Position numbers and translations under genes: made by a program. A stretch of 57,180 nt of DNA, the filler included, from Catajapyx aquilonaris (lineage: Eukaryota): assembly GCA_000934665.2 (NCBI GenBank). It is 2 parts of 2 records of this genome, joined end to end, with 100 filler letters (N's around TTAATTAATTAA, not from the genome) between each part and the next. Parts side by side here need not be neighbours in the genome. Positions count along the whole stretch, not along the records: positions 28,657 to 57,180 come from JYFJ02004905.1; 1 more part is not named here. One strand, 5' to 3'. Shown piece after piece: positions 39,038 to 50,894 of the stretch. Numbering within the stretch: the stretch's first letter is position 1; every line of letters begins with the position of its first letter. The notes beneath the pieces are model-generated. The model was not told the DNA's origin and did not search any database. It saw only the letters and a list, made by a program, of their open reading frames with translations.

Positions 39038-39510
39038 ACCAATAAGGATTGTTCCCGCCCAAATTAGCCAATCAGGATCCCCCTTGGTCAGTACCAATCA
39101 GAACAGTTCCCGCCAAATCGTGACCAATGAACCATTTGCTTAGTCAGGACCAATCAGGATGGTTCCCGCCTAATTGTGGACCAATGAAACGGCTGCTTGG
39201 TCAGGGCCAATCAGGAGAGTTCCCGCCTAATTGTGACCAATGAACCGTTTCCTTAGTCAGGACCAATCAGCACACTTCCCGCCTAATTGTGGACCAATGA
39301 AACGGCTGCTTGGTCATGGCCAATCAGGAGAGTTCCCGCCTAATTGTGACCAATGAACCGTTTCCTTAGTCAGGACCAATCAGCACACTTCCCGCCTAAT
39401 TGTGGACCAATGAAACGGCTGCTTGGTCAGGACCATTCAGGGCAGTTCCCGCCAAATTGCGGACCAATGAAACGGTTGCTTGGTTACCAATGAGGACGGT
39501 TCCTGCCAAA
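39038..39510. repeat. Tandem array of 8+ units of 54-57 bp with 113-bp dimeric higher-order structure
   Basis: TTCCCGCC starts at 39052, 39107, 39163, 39220, 39276, 39333, 39389, 39446 (variant at 39500); usually two CCAAT per unit. Confidence 0.93.
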
Positions 39511-40537
39511 GTAACGTCCGCTTCTCGTTCCTGGCGTTTGCGTGAGAATTGCCGGTGATTACAGCTCGGGTACCCCCCACAACCAGGAGCAACTTGGCCG
39601 TCTTCTTCGCGTTCATAACAAGTGTCTCGAATTGAAGTGAGGTGGGGAAGGAAGGGGAGCCCCCTCCCAACCTTCTGTATGGCAGCAGCTCATGGCATGG
39701 AAAGTTAGTGATCCAGAGAGTGGTCGTCGTCCTGGCTGCTCACGGGGGTGTGCCCTGCCCGGGGGCTTGCACAGCACCCGGGTGCACCAAGCCGTATCTG
39801 GAAGCTCTCGACCTGCACCGGCAAATATCAGGGCCATCACGGCCATCCACGAGAGAGAGTAGAAGTAGGGGGGTTAGGTTCTGAGGGTAGGGAAGGTTGT
39901 TCCCTCTTTGCCTGTTAGTAGTGGTGCCGGAAGGAAGGAGGAAGGAAGTGTGGTGCAGTGTAGTATACCCCTTGAGGCCACTGGGTGAAGGATGGCCCAC
40001 GCCGCCATGTTGCAGGTCACGTGCTGAGTAGGGGAGAACCGGCGGGTTATTTAATTAGCACCTGAGAAGTGTCGGGGCTAGGACAGCCACTGGGGGAGGA
40101 AAAGACTGGCCTGGGACCAATAAAGTTTCCCTGCTGTCAAGTGTGGACGTTGCCGATGGAAGGGGAAGCCTAAAGGGTAGGTTTTGGTCAGCTCCTGGCG
40201 GCCTCCCCTTTTGTGGGTAGGGTGTCAGAGAGGCCGATGCCTGGTGTTATGTGAAGTGAGAGTAACCGACACCGTTTCGGTTGTTGTTTGTAGACGTCTT
40301 GAGGGAAATGCGGGCCAAAATAGAGGGACAAACATCTGGGAGTTTGGTGGGGAGGATGGTGCTGTAGGTCTTATGCCGGCTCTTGTGTTTCTTCTGGTGG
40401 TAGTGTCAAATCTACCCGGAAGGGCCCGACACAAGAATGACAAGGGCTCACTTTACAGGCTATTTAATTTGTGCAAAACATTTCCATTAAATACCCTGCG
40501 ACTGTACATTATATCATATTAAATCATAATCTTATAC

Positions 40538-40733
40538 CAGGATGTTCCAAATTCGTGGCTCGTTTTTTATAACTGATATCGCCCGATAGCAGTTTTTTTT
40601 GTAGCTTGTGCCCCCAACCAGGTGCCCCGTTACTCCCTGTGGGGCACCTGGTTAGGGGCACAACAAGCTACAAAAATAACTACTATCGGGCGATATCAGT
40701 TATAAAAACGACCCACAAATTTGGAACACCCTG
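40538..40733. mobile_element. Tc1/mariner-type fold-back MITE
   Basis: CAGGrTGTTCCAAATT TIR with ~90-bp near-palindromic arms; TA on the right flank. Confidence 0.75.
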
Positions 40734-42620
40734 TATATAAGGCAAAGTTTGTTTGTTTGTCATGGTAACTGGTTACCATGACATCAAAAAAACAATGATT
40801 GTTGTTGACTACATTACCATAGAAACAGGCCGTGCGAAGAACCTGCTCTGCTGCTATAGTATCTCAGAAGCCTATTACATCAACTATTACATAAAATGAT
40901 TGTGTGTACTGGCACGTTTCCTGCAACAATAACTGCAGGTCTTACTATCAGGCGAGCAACACAAGGCAATTCAGCGATGCAAAACCTTGCCGATATCCCC
41001 GCTTCCTCGCCTGACTTTACACACCATATTGATTTAGAGGGCATTACTAGATGATCTTGCAGCTTCCGTACCACCCCCCCCCCCACCCCCAAAAACGACA
41101 TTGTGTCCTGGAAATGGATTTGCGGGTCCGGTTAATCACCTCCTCCTGGCCGGATTGGAGTGTTGGTGCCGCCCTGGTATCAATCATATGTCCTAATGAC
41201 TAGAGCTGATAACGTTGTTTCACGCTTGCCTGGGCAACTGGAGGGCCTCTCTCTCTCTCTCTCTCTCTGCCTCTCTCCAATGGAAGTTTTTGGGGGATGG
41301 AGGAGGGGAGAGAGGCGAAAGGGCATATAAGGACAGGGCCCTCCCGCAGAGACATGACTGCCCTTTTTTTTGTATGTGTCCTCCGGTCCTCTCCCAGCCA
41401 GCGACGACGGCCAAGTGTCAAGAAGAGCAGATGGATGTGTCATTCAGTATGAGCGTGTGCGCATCCGGGGTAATAGCTTCTGCCCTAGGATTGGCCTCTC
41501 GTATACCCTTATTACTACTGGGAAATATGGGAGCCAGGGTTTTGTTTTGTTTTGTACGCTGGGTTCACACTGGGTCTTTAGTCGTTGTAGTTGGGACGAA
41601 TGGTCTGGAATTATTTGCACAAATTTAGCTCTACGGATTCCGGAGATTGTATCATTGTTGATCACAAAATACCATCTCCAAGTCGTAACATGAATTACAG
41701 TGCTCTTGAAGTACTCAAAACCATGCCATTTTGAACGAACATGTTGACTATAGGAGTCAACAAGCTCAAGTGTATAATAAACATGTCGGATTTGCGGCTT
41801 GAACCGCTTTGGATGAACTGGATGGCCGCTTCATAAGGCAAAGCGACAAAAGCCAAAAGGGGGTAGGGAGGGGTCGTGGCAAAGAGGACCCCCGAAACAC
41901 TATGGAACGGGATTCGGATGATGAGGGGTACAAGAGTTGGGGGGTAGAACCAAAAGCGGCAGGTCCTGCACCTGGGTCTCGGGGGACAACAAAGTCCATC
42001 ATTGTCCAGGGAGTTAGCAGCTGGAGTCCATACCATCGGGCTGCTTGTATTTCCCTGGGATCTTTTGCTGGCTTCCGAAAATTCTTCCGACTCATGGAAG
42101 ATACTGAATTCGGGCTTAGGATGCAGTTAGTCAATTTTTGGAAGGATATTTTCAGGATTGAAATGTCAAAACTGGTGACAAAAAATGCTGGTATGCGCAC
42201 ACGATTTTTCATAAATATTGTCCAACTAAATGCTTGGGCAATCTGTTATGTATTTACCTGAATGTTCCACTCGGCCGGCGTTTGTTGGGGCACAGAATCC
42301 AAGGATAGGAAGTTGTAGGACACACCTCTCCTCCACCGAAACCCTCCTCTTTTTCCTTTCTATGTAACCCTCCTTTTCTGGCTTTTGACTCCGGCTGTAC
42401 CCCTCCGATGGAGTGGCAGCGATTGTTCCCGTGTCCATATTTCTCCAGTAGTGAAGCTCAGTAGGGGACCTCTTTACCCCCCGCCGTACCCAGGGAAATC
42501 CCCCATCAGAACCTGGAAGAGGGGGGGACATATAGGAAGAGGGGAGTTGTTCCCAAGTTGACTAGACTGCTTGGGTGTGCGTCCCTTCTCAATATGTCGC
42601 ACTTGTCCGGCTTTCTGTAC

Positions 42621-42781
42621 CAGTCGGTTAAAGGAGTATCTTACCAGACCTGGCCGAGAAATTAGCCTCCAACAGAGATGCTGCCTAGGGTAGTGCGAGT
42701 TATTGCATCAAGGGGAGGCAGCACCTCTGTTGGAGGCTAATGTCTTGGTCTAGTCTGGTAAGATACTCCTTCAACAGACTG
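42621..42781. mobile_element. MITE (CAGTC TIR, ~65-bp arms)
   Basis: AAGGAGTATCTTACCAGAC...ATTAGCCTCCAACAGAG is inverted at the right end. Confidence 0.72.
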
Positions 42782-44090
42782 TACAGTCGCGGAAAAGGAG
42801 TATTTTGCTATCAACAAATACCGTGTACGGTACTGATTTGTAGCCAATCGTTCAGATGTACTGACTTGAAAATGGTACATCACGATTCATGTACCGACTT
42901 GGACGTCAAATACCGTCTACAAGTCAGTACTGGCAAAATACCACCTCCAAGTCGGTACATCAGTATGTGATTCTTCAAGCACAAAAATTGTCGAAAAATC
43001 ATTTCTGCTAACAATGTCCCAAATGATTAAGACCAGCTTAAGCTCCGGAATGTTTAGCCGGGAAAGTCACTTCTTCTAGAGAGAGAACCCTCATTGTTCA
43101 GTCTGGAAATGGCCATTGAGAGTCTCTTGTCACTCTAAAATCCCCCTCCATCTAACCCCAAGCCTTACACTGCAGGCTGCAGGATTGAGAGTGTGTATAT
43201 ATACAGAGGGAGGGGGGGGGGGGACTTAGAAGTGGCTATCATAATAAATGGCTGCGGGCTTTGGTTGAATGGCGGGACAGCGATCGGGGCAGAGGCCGAT
43301 GAATGGAATGGGAGGGAGAGGGTCCGGCACCCGTATTCAAAGCCCGGACAAAGCACCCGGACAACCTAATGAGAAGAAAATGGCGCCTCTTCAATGGAGC
43401 CAATGGAGTTGGGCGCAGGAAGGGAAAAAGGAGGCCTTTTTCAAGCCCAGGCGCGTCAGTTGCTGAGTTTTCGACCATACCCCTTCCAACAGTTTAAAGT
43501 TCGACCGAAACATTTTCGACCAAACGTCAAAAAAAATATTACGGACAAATATCCGAGCAAAAAATTCGGACGATTCCCAATTCTTTGGAACAGCTTTGGT
43601 CCAAATTTGGTGCAAAATTCGGACGATAATTCGTCGGGAAAATTTTGGACGAAATTCGGACCAAAATTGTTCGGACGAATTGGGTGACACCGAACCTACC
43701 CGGACTAGTTCGTAAAATATCAAAAGATTCATCGCGGTTTTCTTCTGGGAGGCTAGCTGAAAATTCAAGGGTTCCTAAATGACAGACCGGTTTCCCTGCT
43801 GGTTCCCTTTTTATGCCAAAACCAGTTTTGCTCCCATAGGCCAATAGGTTTACTGTTGGAGACTTCTTTTGGACGTCAGCCGTGTGGATCTGGAGGAACA
43901 TTTCGAGAGGATTTATTTGGAGTGTGAGGCAGGTCCATTGGTAGTCGTGCGACACAAGAATGTTGGGACACTCCGGTCCTTTTTCGGTAATGCGTGTGGT
44001 CTGAAGGACGTGGGGACAGTAACTGAGACACGCGTAACAGACCCACATTATTTTGAATTTTATTCTGAAAATAGCCTCACAGACTTGCGC

Positions 44091-44381
44091 TCAATAAGCT
44101 GTGGGGACGTTGAAAACTCAACTTTTTGAAGCTAGTGTAAACTAACCTAACCTAACCTAACCTGTAACCTAACTAACATACCCTACCCTAACTAACCTAG
44201 GCTGAGAGAAATGGACTTTTGTGAAACCCTGCAAATCGAAATTGTGGGGACATGTCCCCACTGTAACGGTACGTTCTGGTGTGTGAAGATGTGGGGACCC
44301 GAAATGTCCCCACAAACTGTGGACACAGTAGTCCCCACAGTTACAGTAAAAACACATACTTCCGGTCCCACAGCTTATTGA
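44091..44381. mobile_element. Inverted-repeat element containing a (CCTAA)n tract
   Basis: TCAATAAGCTGTGGG ... CCCACAGCTTATTGA; internal CCTAA repeats at 44142-44200 and multiple GTGGGGAC/GTCCCCAC motifs. Confidence 0.6.
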
Positions 44382-46803
44382 AGACAAGAACACACTCGTT
44401 TGCTATCAGTACTCTCAGTAGTCTGAAAGTGGGTTAGGTAGCCCGGACATACAAACAAACCTTGCCATTTATAAATATATTTCAAGCTCACATTTTGTCC
44501 CACGATAGGCCACGTGCCTATTGTCCCTCTCCGAGTGTGACTTCTGCACCAAACTGAAGATGTGGCACGATACGCCACTTTTTTTTAAAATGAACCACTC
44601 ATATTTAACCTAACAAATAATTAATGCACGCTTGCATGCATAAAAAAGAAGCGGAAATGCACCCAACCGTGAATCCCAAAAAAAACCCGACGAAATTGTC
44701 CCCCCCTCACAGTAGCACCCATCGCGTGCGGACAGAAATCATTTGCTCGTGGGGATCATCAAAGATTCATAGGAGTTAAGAGCAGGGGTGTTTGAAGTCA
44801 TGATTGAGGTTGAGGGGTTGGGTAAGAGAAGTCATGATTGTTGGCAAAGCTTCAGTGGACATTAGGACAGGTGGTAATAATGCCTACTCTTTCCTCCAGT
44901 GATAAATCGGGGGAGTGAAGCATCTCAGGGCCTCCTTTTCATGGCCCCGACCATGAGTTATGGGCACGGTGGCAATTTTTACCAACTGTCGTCGTGTTGC
45001 TGTGACAGGACCACTCCTACTCATTTTTTCGCGTCTTCCTCCTTCCCCCACAAGGCTTGGGGAGGGGAGTAAAAAAAACCTGAAGTCATAAATCCGGAGG
45101 ATTTATCTGGGGTTGGAGGAGGAGGACCCCGCGTCTCGTTTTGCACTTGGCTTTATTTCCACGGCTGTATGATGTTGATGCATGTGATAAGTGATCCGGA
45201 TCGTGCGCATGCTCCCGGATTTTAAGATTTACGGGGATTTTTATTCGCCAGCTTAACGCTGTAAACACTGCTGTATTTATTCTCCTGAATGTATACGCAT
45301 CTGGTAGGGTAATTAGTCGTAAATATTAGCGTACGCGCTAATATATGACGCTAAGTGAACTTGTACTTGCTTCAGAAGCGTCTCAAAATTTAGTAGGCCA
45401 TACAGCTAAACCGGTGGTAATGTAGCTCAGTTATATTCAATGACGTTTGGTTCTGCTGTTATAATATTCGGATCTGTTTGCGTAATTTTTTATTCAAGCT
45501 GTACTACTTGAAATTGAGTTATTTTTATTCGATTTTGAAGCGATGTGATTCACTGAAATATTATGTACGAATACGTAGGGCACGAGAGACTTTCACAACA
45601 AAAAAATATCCTTTAAAAATATCTGAAGCTGAAGGTTACTTTTAAAATGTTGCTGAAATTGCAATTTAAATTTCCACTCAATATTTGAGTTTAAATATTT
45701 CTTTTAAAGTGGCGATAGGCGCAACTGAATTTCAAACGGTTCTTCTTCTTAACGTACTTATGTAGGCATTAACTCATATTTGATCTATACTGATGCTTAC
45801 TACAGTATACTCAGTTCAATTTGTTATACACTGACTTAGAGAAATGTCACTTATATTTAAATTTTATGACAATGGTATATGCTGCCCATTTTTTTGAGTC
45901 TCATAACTAAAACTAACGTTTAATGAAAATCAATCCTGTGCATTTAGCTCACTAAATATGTAGGTCTTATACACACTTTTTACTATTCATTCAATTCATT
46001 CATCAGTTTCAGTGCGAAGAACGGGGTTCCTGCTATAGTCATACATAAGCACATGACAATTTTACCCAAATAATTCGGCCGGCTTGGCCAAACTCTGCAA
46101 AATTCAGGCCGATTCTTTCAAATGGGCAAAATCCTCACCTTTTCATCCATTTTTTGAAAGCAATAATTTGGAACAACTTCCGTGCAAAAATCCTCTCACA
46201 ACTACACTTGTTTCGATATATATTCTCCCCGTCCAAAAATCTGGACGCAACATTCCAGTCCAGACCCTCACCCTCTTCTAAAAAGGGTCCTTTCATGCCA
46301 TTCGCATCTCCTGTCGGTTACTATGGCCACGAGAGAGGGGTGTATACTGTATATATATATATGCTACCCCTCCTCTCTAGAGCTCTCTCCCTGCTGTGTA
46401 TATACTCTCCCCTTTTCTTCTTTGGCGTCTGTGCCGCCGAGGGTGTGGTGTGAGGGGTTGGTGTGGGGGCAAAAGCTCCGCCTCGGCGCCGTCACATGAC
46501 CTTTGACGGTCCTGGGTTGGGGCCAATGGAAAAATGAGTAGGGGGGGAGAGGCTGCAGGGGCGGGCTCCCAATGTTGTTTCCAGAGGGGGGCCATGGCGG
46601 CTCTAACTGTGTCCATTGGACGGGGGGCAAGCGACGATCGTCGACGACGTTTGCCCCTGTCGGGTTTAAGTCCACGCGACACACTCAGGATGGGCTCGAT
46701 TGTTGTGACAAGTGTTGTGCTGTGTTGGTGACGGTGTAATTGACCTGCAACCCTGGATCCTCCGGCTAACTTCGGCCTCTTCTCCTTCCGGCCGGCGGCC
46801 ACC

Positions 46804-46864
46804 ATGGACCTGACAACCGCCTATCGTTACAACCAGAACATGATGGAGTACTACACGTGTAAGA
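46804..46864 (+). CDS. sv: Probable first coding exon of Pax2/5/8 (MDLTTAYRYNQNMMEYYT...)
   Basis: Strong Kozak context (GCCACCATGG) after a GC-rich leader. Two phase-1 donors (GTAAGA after 46858, GTAAGT after 46864) are compatible with the phase-1 paired-box exon. Linkage to that exon is inferred. Confidence 0.55.
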
Positions 46865-49800
46865 GTAAGTCCGTGACTCTTCCCCGACAACCAAAAAACA
46901 GGGACGAAATATAACCAGGAAAAGAAGGTGTCGAGGGTTGTGTCACGCTGTACAATGTTTGGAAGCGTGTTTGCCGGACCGGAACCATCAAAATATCAGC
47001 ATGTGCACATGTTGTAAAACATGCTGTTAGCTCTATGAATTTTGAAATTTCACAAACTTAAAAACAAATGTCAAGAATTTGTTGTGTGTTTGTTGGACAC
47101 GGCTGAACGATACGTCGCATTTGAGTAATTCATGGCGGGAACGGTATTTTCTACTTCGATTGTAGGAGTAAGGTGCATATTTTAATATCGCTATAAAATA
47201 TCTCGCAGGATAAATATTGTTCAATGAACTGTACATTCCGGACGTATTATTTGGGGGGGTCTGTTGACATTACCTTGATTGTGCGCAGCAAATATTTGCA
47301 TCGCATAAAATAATTTTGCAGCATATAGCCTATATACGATTTCAAGCTATATTTCTCCCACAACACTTCTGACTTAAATTATTAGGACCGGGACATAAGA
47401 TTAACTGATGCCATCCATTGTTTTACTAAACCTGGTTTTAACAAGTATTGTCATAGCGACCATTGTTGACAACAACCTAAAATAAGGATTTTCTGAAAAT
47501 AAACTCGGATTTATAATATAGCCTGCTCGGTTAATTTGGCCATGAATCTGTGTATTGTGTGACTATAGCCCATAAACAAATAATTTGGATTTGGAACCAA
47601 TTTTGGGGGGATTTAACCAAGAAAACAGAATCAGCATTTCACGTGCAGAAATAATTTAGCATGTTGTCAGAGGACCACACTCAATTCATCTTTATTGAAC
47701 AGTATTTTCGGCCGTTTCTCTGTTTTTAGTGGGCACTGCACATGTTAGTGGTCCACTAAAAAAAAACGTGCTTAAAAGCCCCACCGTTTTCAACCCCAAA
47801 CACGTGCCTCTCCTCACCTGAAGTCTAGTTGTTCACCCGCCATTGCATCCTGCGCCAATAATTAAAGCCCTTACAGAACACCGCAGATTAGTTAGTTCTT
47901 AGTTGGCCAATTGAGCCTCGGGGTAATAAAATTTGTCCTCCCAAAGTTAGATCCCTCCCCCCTCCATATTGAGAGTAGCTTTTTAGCTAGTGTTGTTGAT
48001 ACAGTGAAAATTTTCCTATCCTCGGGACCTGTCACCGTTGATTAGGGCGCGGCGAAGGGCAGCCCGAGTGGAACAAGGCAAGCAAACTGTTTCGCCGGGT
48101 CGAGCCGCCTTTGTCGCCTGGATTTTATCTGTTTTTCTGCGCCGTTTCCGCCCTTTCTTCCCTTGCAACCTCCAAGTCTGCCGCCGTCTCTAACTCGATT
48201 ATTCCTTTTTCCCCGAGAATAAAATCCGGTGATGAAAGAACCCAGCTACTTCTTTCCTCCTCTCGATCTAATTTGTAGGAACCGGAATGGACAGGCGTTG
48301 TTTGGTATTCCGGAGAGGTTTGGACCTCCATTTGCTGGGGAAAAGGGGGAAGGAGGGGGAGGGTTGGAGAGATATAAGACAGTGTCTTCTCGTGCTGCAA
48401 ATGCAGTTTCCAGTCTCCTCCATGCTGTTTGGATCGGGTTTGTTGGCGGAGTTGCGGAAGCTCGCGGTTGCGTCGCCTCTTCAAGGGTGTACCGGTGAGG
48501 AGTATATTTTTTAAGGGTGCCTGTGGGGTCACCTTTCTTGCCGCGTCGGCAACGGGCGTCTCGAGCATGTGAAGTTGAGGTGGAGAAGGCGGGGAAGCTT
48601 AACTCAATTGAGGGACCGGCCGTAGGGCTTTGTTGTTAGGAAACTGCGGGGAAGACTAACGAGAGGAGAAGGGGCTTGCCTTTTTTTTCTCTTATTTTCT
48701 GGGGGGAAGTGGACAGTGGTCAGAGGGACGTAAGACTGTGAGGGTGTGCCTAGCTGCTGCATTGGTGTGCGGTTGTTTAAATTTTTGTTTGAAATCGATT
48801 ATTTTGAGCACGGAAAAGCGCAGTAACGGCCTGCTGAACACAACCATTTTTCCGATTGAAGCCCTCCTCTCCACATCAGTGCAGAAAATGAAGTCGGTGG
48901 TTGGGTTGCCATGGACGTCGTCGCCATGGTACGGCGTGCTGTCCGCTGCCGCTGCCGGTACATACATTGTCGAAACACACAGGAGCCTTGTCAAGTTAGG
49001 TAGGAGCGTCAATAACACTGGTTGCACACCCGACAGAAAACCGGCTGGAAAGGACACATTTATGACTCTTTTCCAGCCGGAAACATGCGGTGCATTGTTG
49101 CTAATTATATGCAAATCACAATATAGTAGGCCATCAAGACAATCTGTGGCCTATAAGAGCCCGTCGCAGGCTGTAAAAATGAGAGATAAAAGCGTAAACA
49201 TCTTTGTCAATTTTTCCATCCATGTTGTCGTGGTCCTTGATGTGCTGAAGTTGTCACATCGTTGGTAGCTAGATTTGAGTTGGTTGATGCCTAATTTGAG
49301 TCGTTTTTTTACTGCTTATGTGTGCTTGAAACAGCCACTGTTTGAATGAAATTTTTCTCTTGATTGTTTCAATAAGTCAACTTATACTGCCTGTTTCAGT
49401 TGAGTGCCATTATTGAAACTTTCTACGACTGAAAAAGCAGCGCATTACAACCTAAAGTGTGTTTATAGTGTGCCTCTATTGAAAACCCATCTGAAATAAT
49501 TATGGAAATATTCAAAATAATTATTTGATTAATATGCGCCCCGCTGCAGAAGAGTGATTTACGACTGAGGATACTGAGTGATGACGTACCGTAACACTCA
49601 AATTAAACCGTGAACATTCTTTACCGACAGTTCAATTTCAAGGATACACTTCCGCCAAAAATTACTACAGTAGAGGCAAAAATAATTCCAAATTTTGTAG
49701 CCCCTGCCCTGGTTTGAAAACAGGCCTATATATGGCCATTCTTAATAATTATCTATAAAACTATAGGCCTATATTTCGCTCATGTTCGTCACCTTTTACA

Positions 49801-50656
49801 ATGACCTTTAATTTCGGCAAAGTTATGCGCTAAAACTTTCTGCCGGATGTCTTGAAAGCAATTTTGTCATTATTTTCAAAAACAGTTTATTACATGTTGA
49901 CGTATATAGACGCGACAAATTCATAAATTCTGATTGCCTGACCTCTATATAGGACTGGTCTTTTGATGATCACCTTTGCATGCTTTTCATTTTGTCGTTT
50001 GTGTTAGGCCCAAGAAGCACGCCGGTAATTACCCCTTTTTAGTGGCATTGCAAATTCCTTCTTTGGCTTTGCACCTACAGTCGATATAGGAAAACACCTC
50101 CCCCCCCCNCCCCCCCCCAAAAAAAAAACCGCCCCAAGAAAAGGAAAGGACCCCTCAGAATGCGCATCTATTTGCTTTGGCCCAACTCCAAACCCTTTCC
50201 TTCCATTTTCTTTGTTCTTCCTTCGCCCATTCATCACGCTCATCTTGGCTTCGCTTTGCGCAATCTGTAATTGGAATTCTAGGCAACTTAGAGGCGACTG
50301 AATTATGCAAACCATCACTTGATTGAATTCGCACTTTTTTTCTCGCTCTCTCTCTCCAAATAAAAGCGAGCCAGACATGAGAAAATTTATGACTCGCAAC
50401 GCCCAGATGAAAGTACAGAAATCGCAACCTATACGGCATAAATGTAGCTGTAATGTTATTTGCAATACATTTTGCAAACAGTTGTTAAGGGTTGGATATA
50501 TTAATGTTGGCGAATTTTGCAAACTTTTCGATACTTCAGATATACGTTTGATTTCAAGCGTTTATAATGATTTGCTTTAGACACCGAGACTCAGATTTTA
50601 TAAAATTGTAAAAACTTTGTAACGTGTACATTTGCTGTAGGATGTAATCAAAATAT

Positions 50657-50894
50657 CACTCTAAAATTTTTCGAGTGTTTTCCACTCAATTTGAGTGAAT
50701 TTCACTATTTTGTCTATACTTTCTGAGTGGAAATCACTCGATCACTTGAATGGAAAATTTTCGCTCACTCATTTTCACTCTTCTTTCGAGTTCACTCGAT
50801 TAGAGTTCAAGTAAACCTTTCCTGAGTGAAATTCACTCATAAAGATAATTTTGATTGGGATTGAAATTTTCACTCGAAATTATTTTAGAGAGTG
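50657..50894. mobile_element. CAC...GTG-terminated TIR element with internal GAGTGAA/TTCACTC repeats
   Basis: CACTCTAAAAT...TTCGAGTG versus CACTCGAAATTATTTTAGAGAGTG. Confidence 0.55.

Noticed and set aside
39038..39510. CRISPR-like array
   Set aside because: Inter-motif segments recur in A/B alternation rather than being unique spacers; no cas genes; eukaryotic context.
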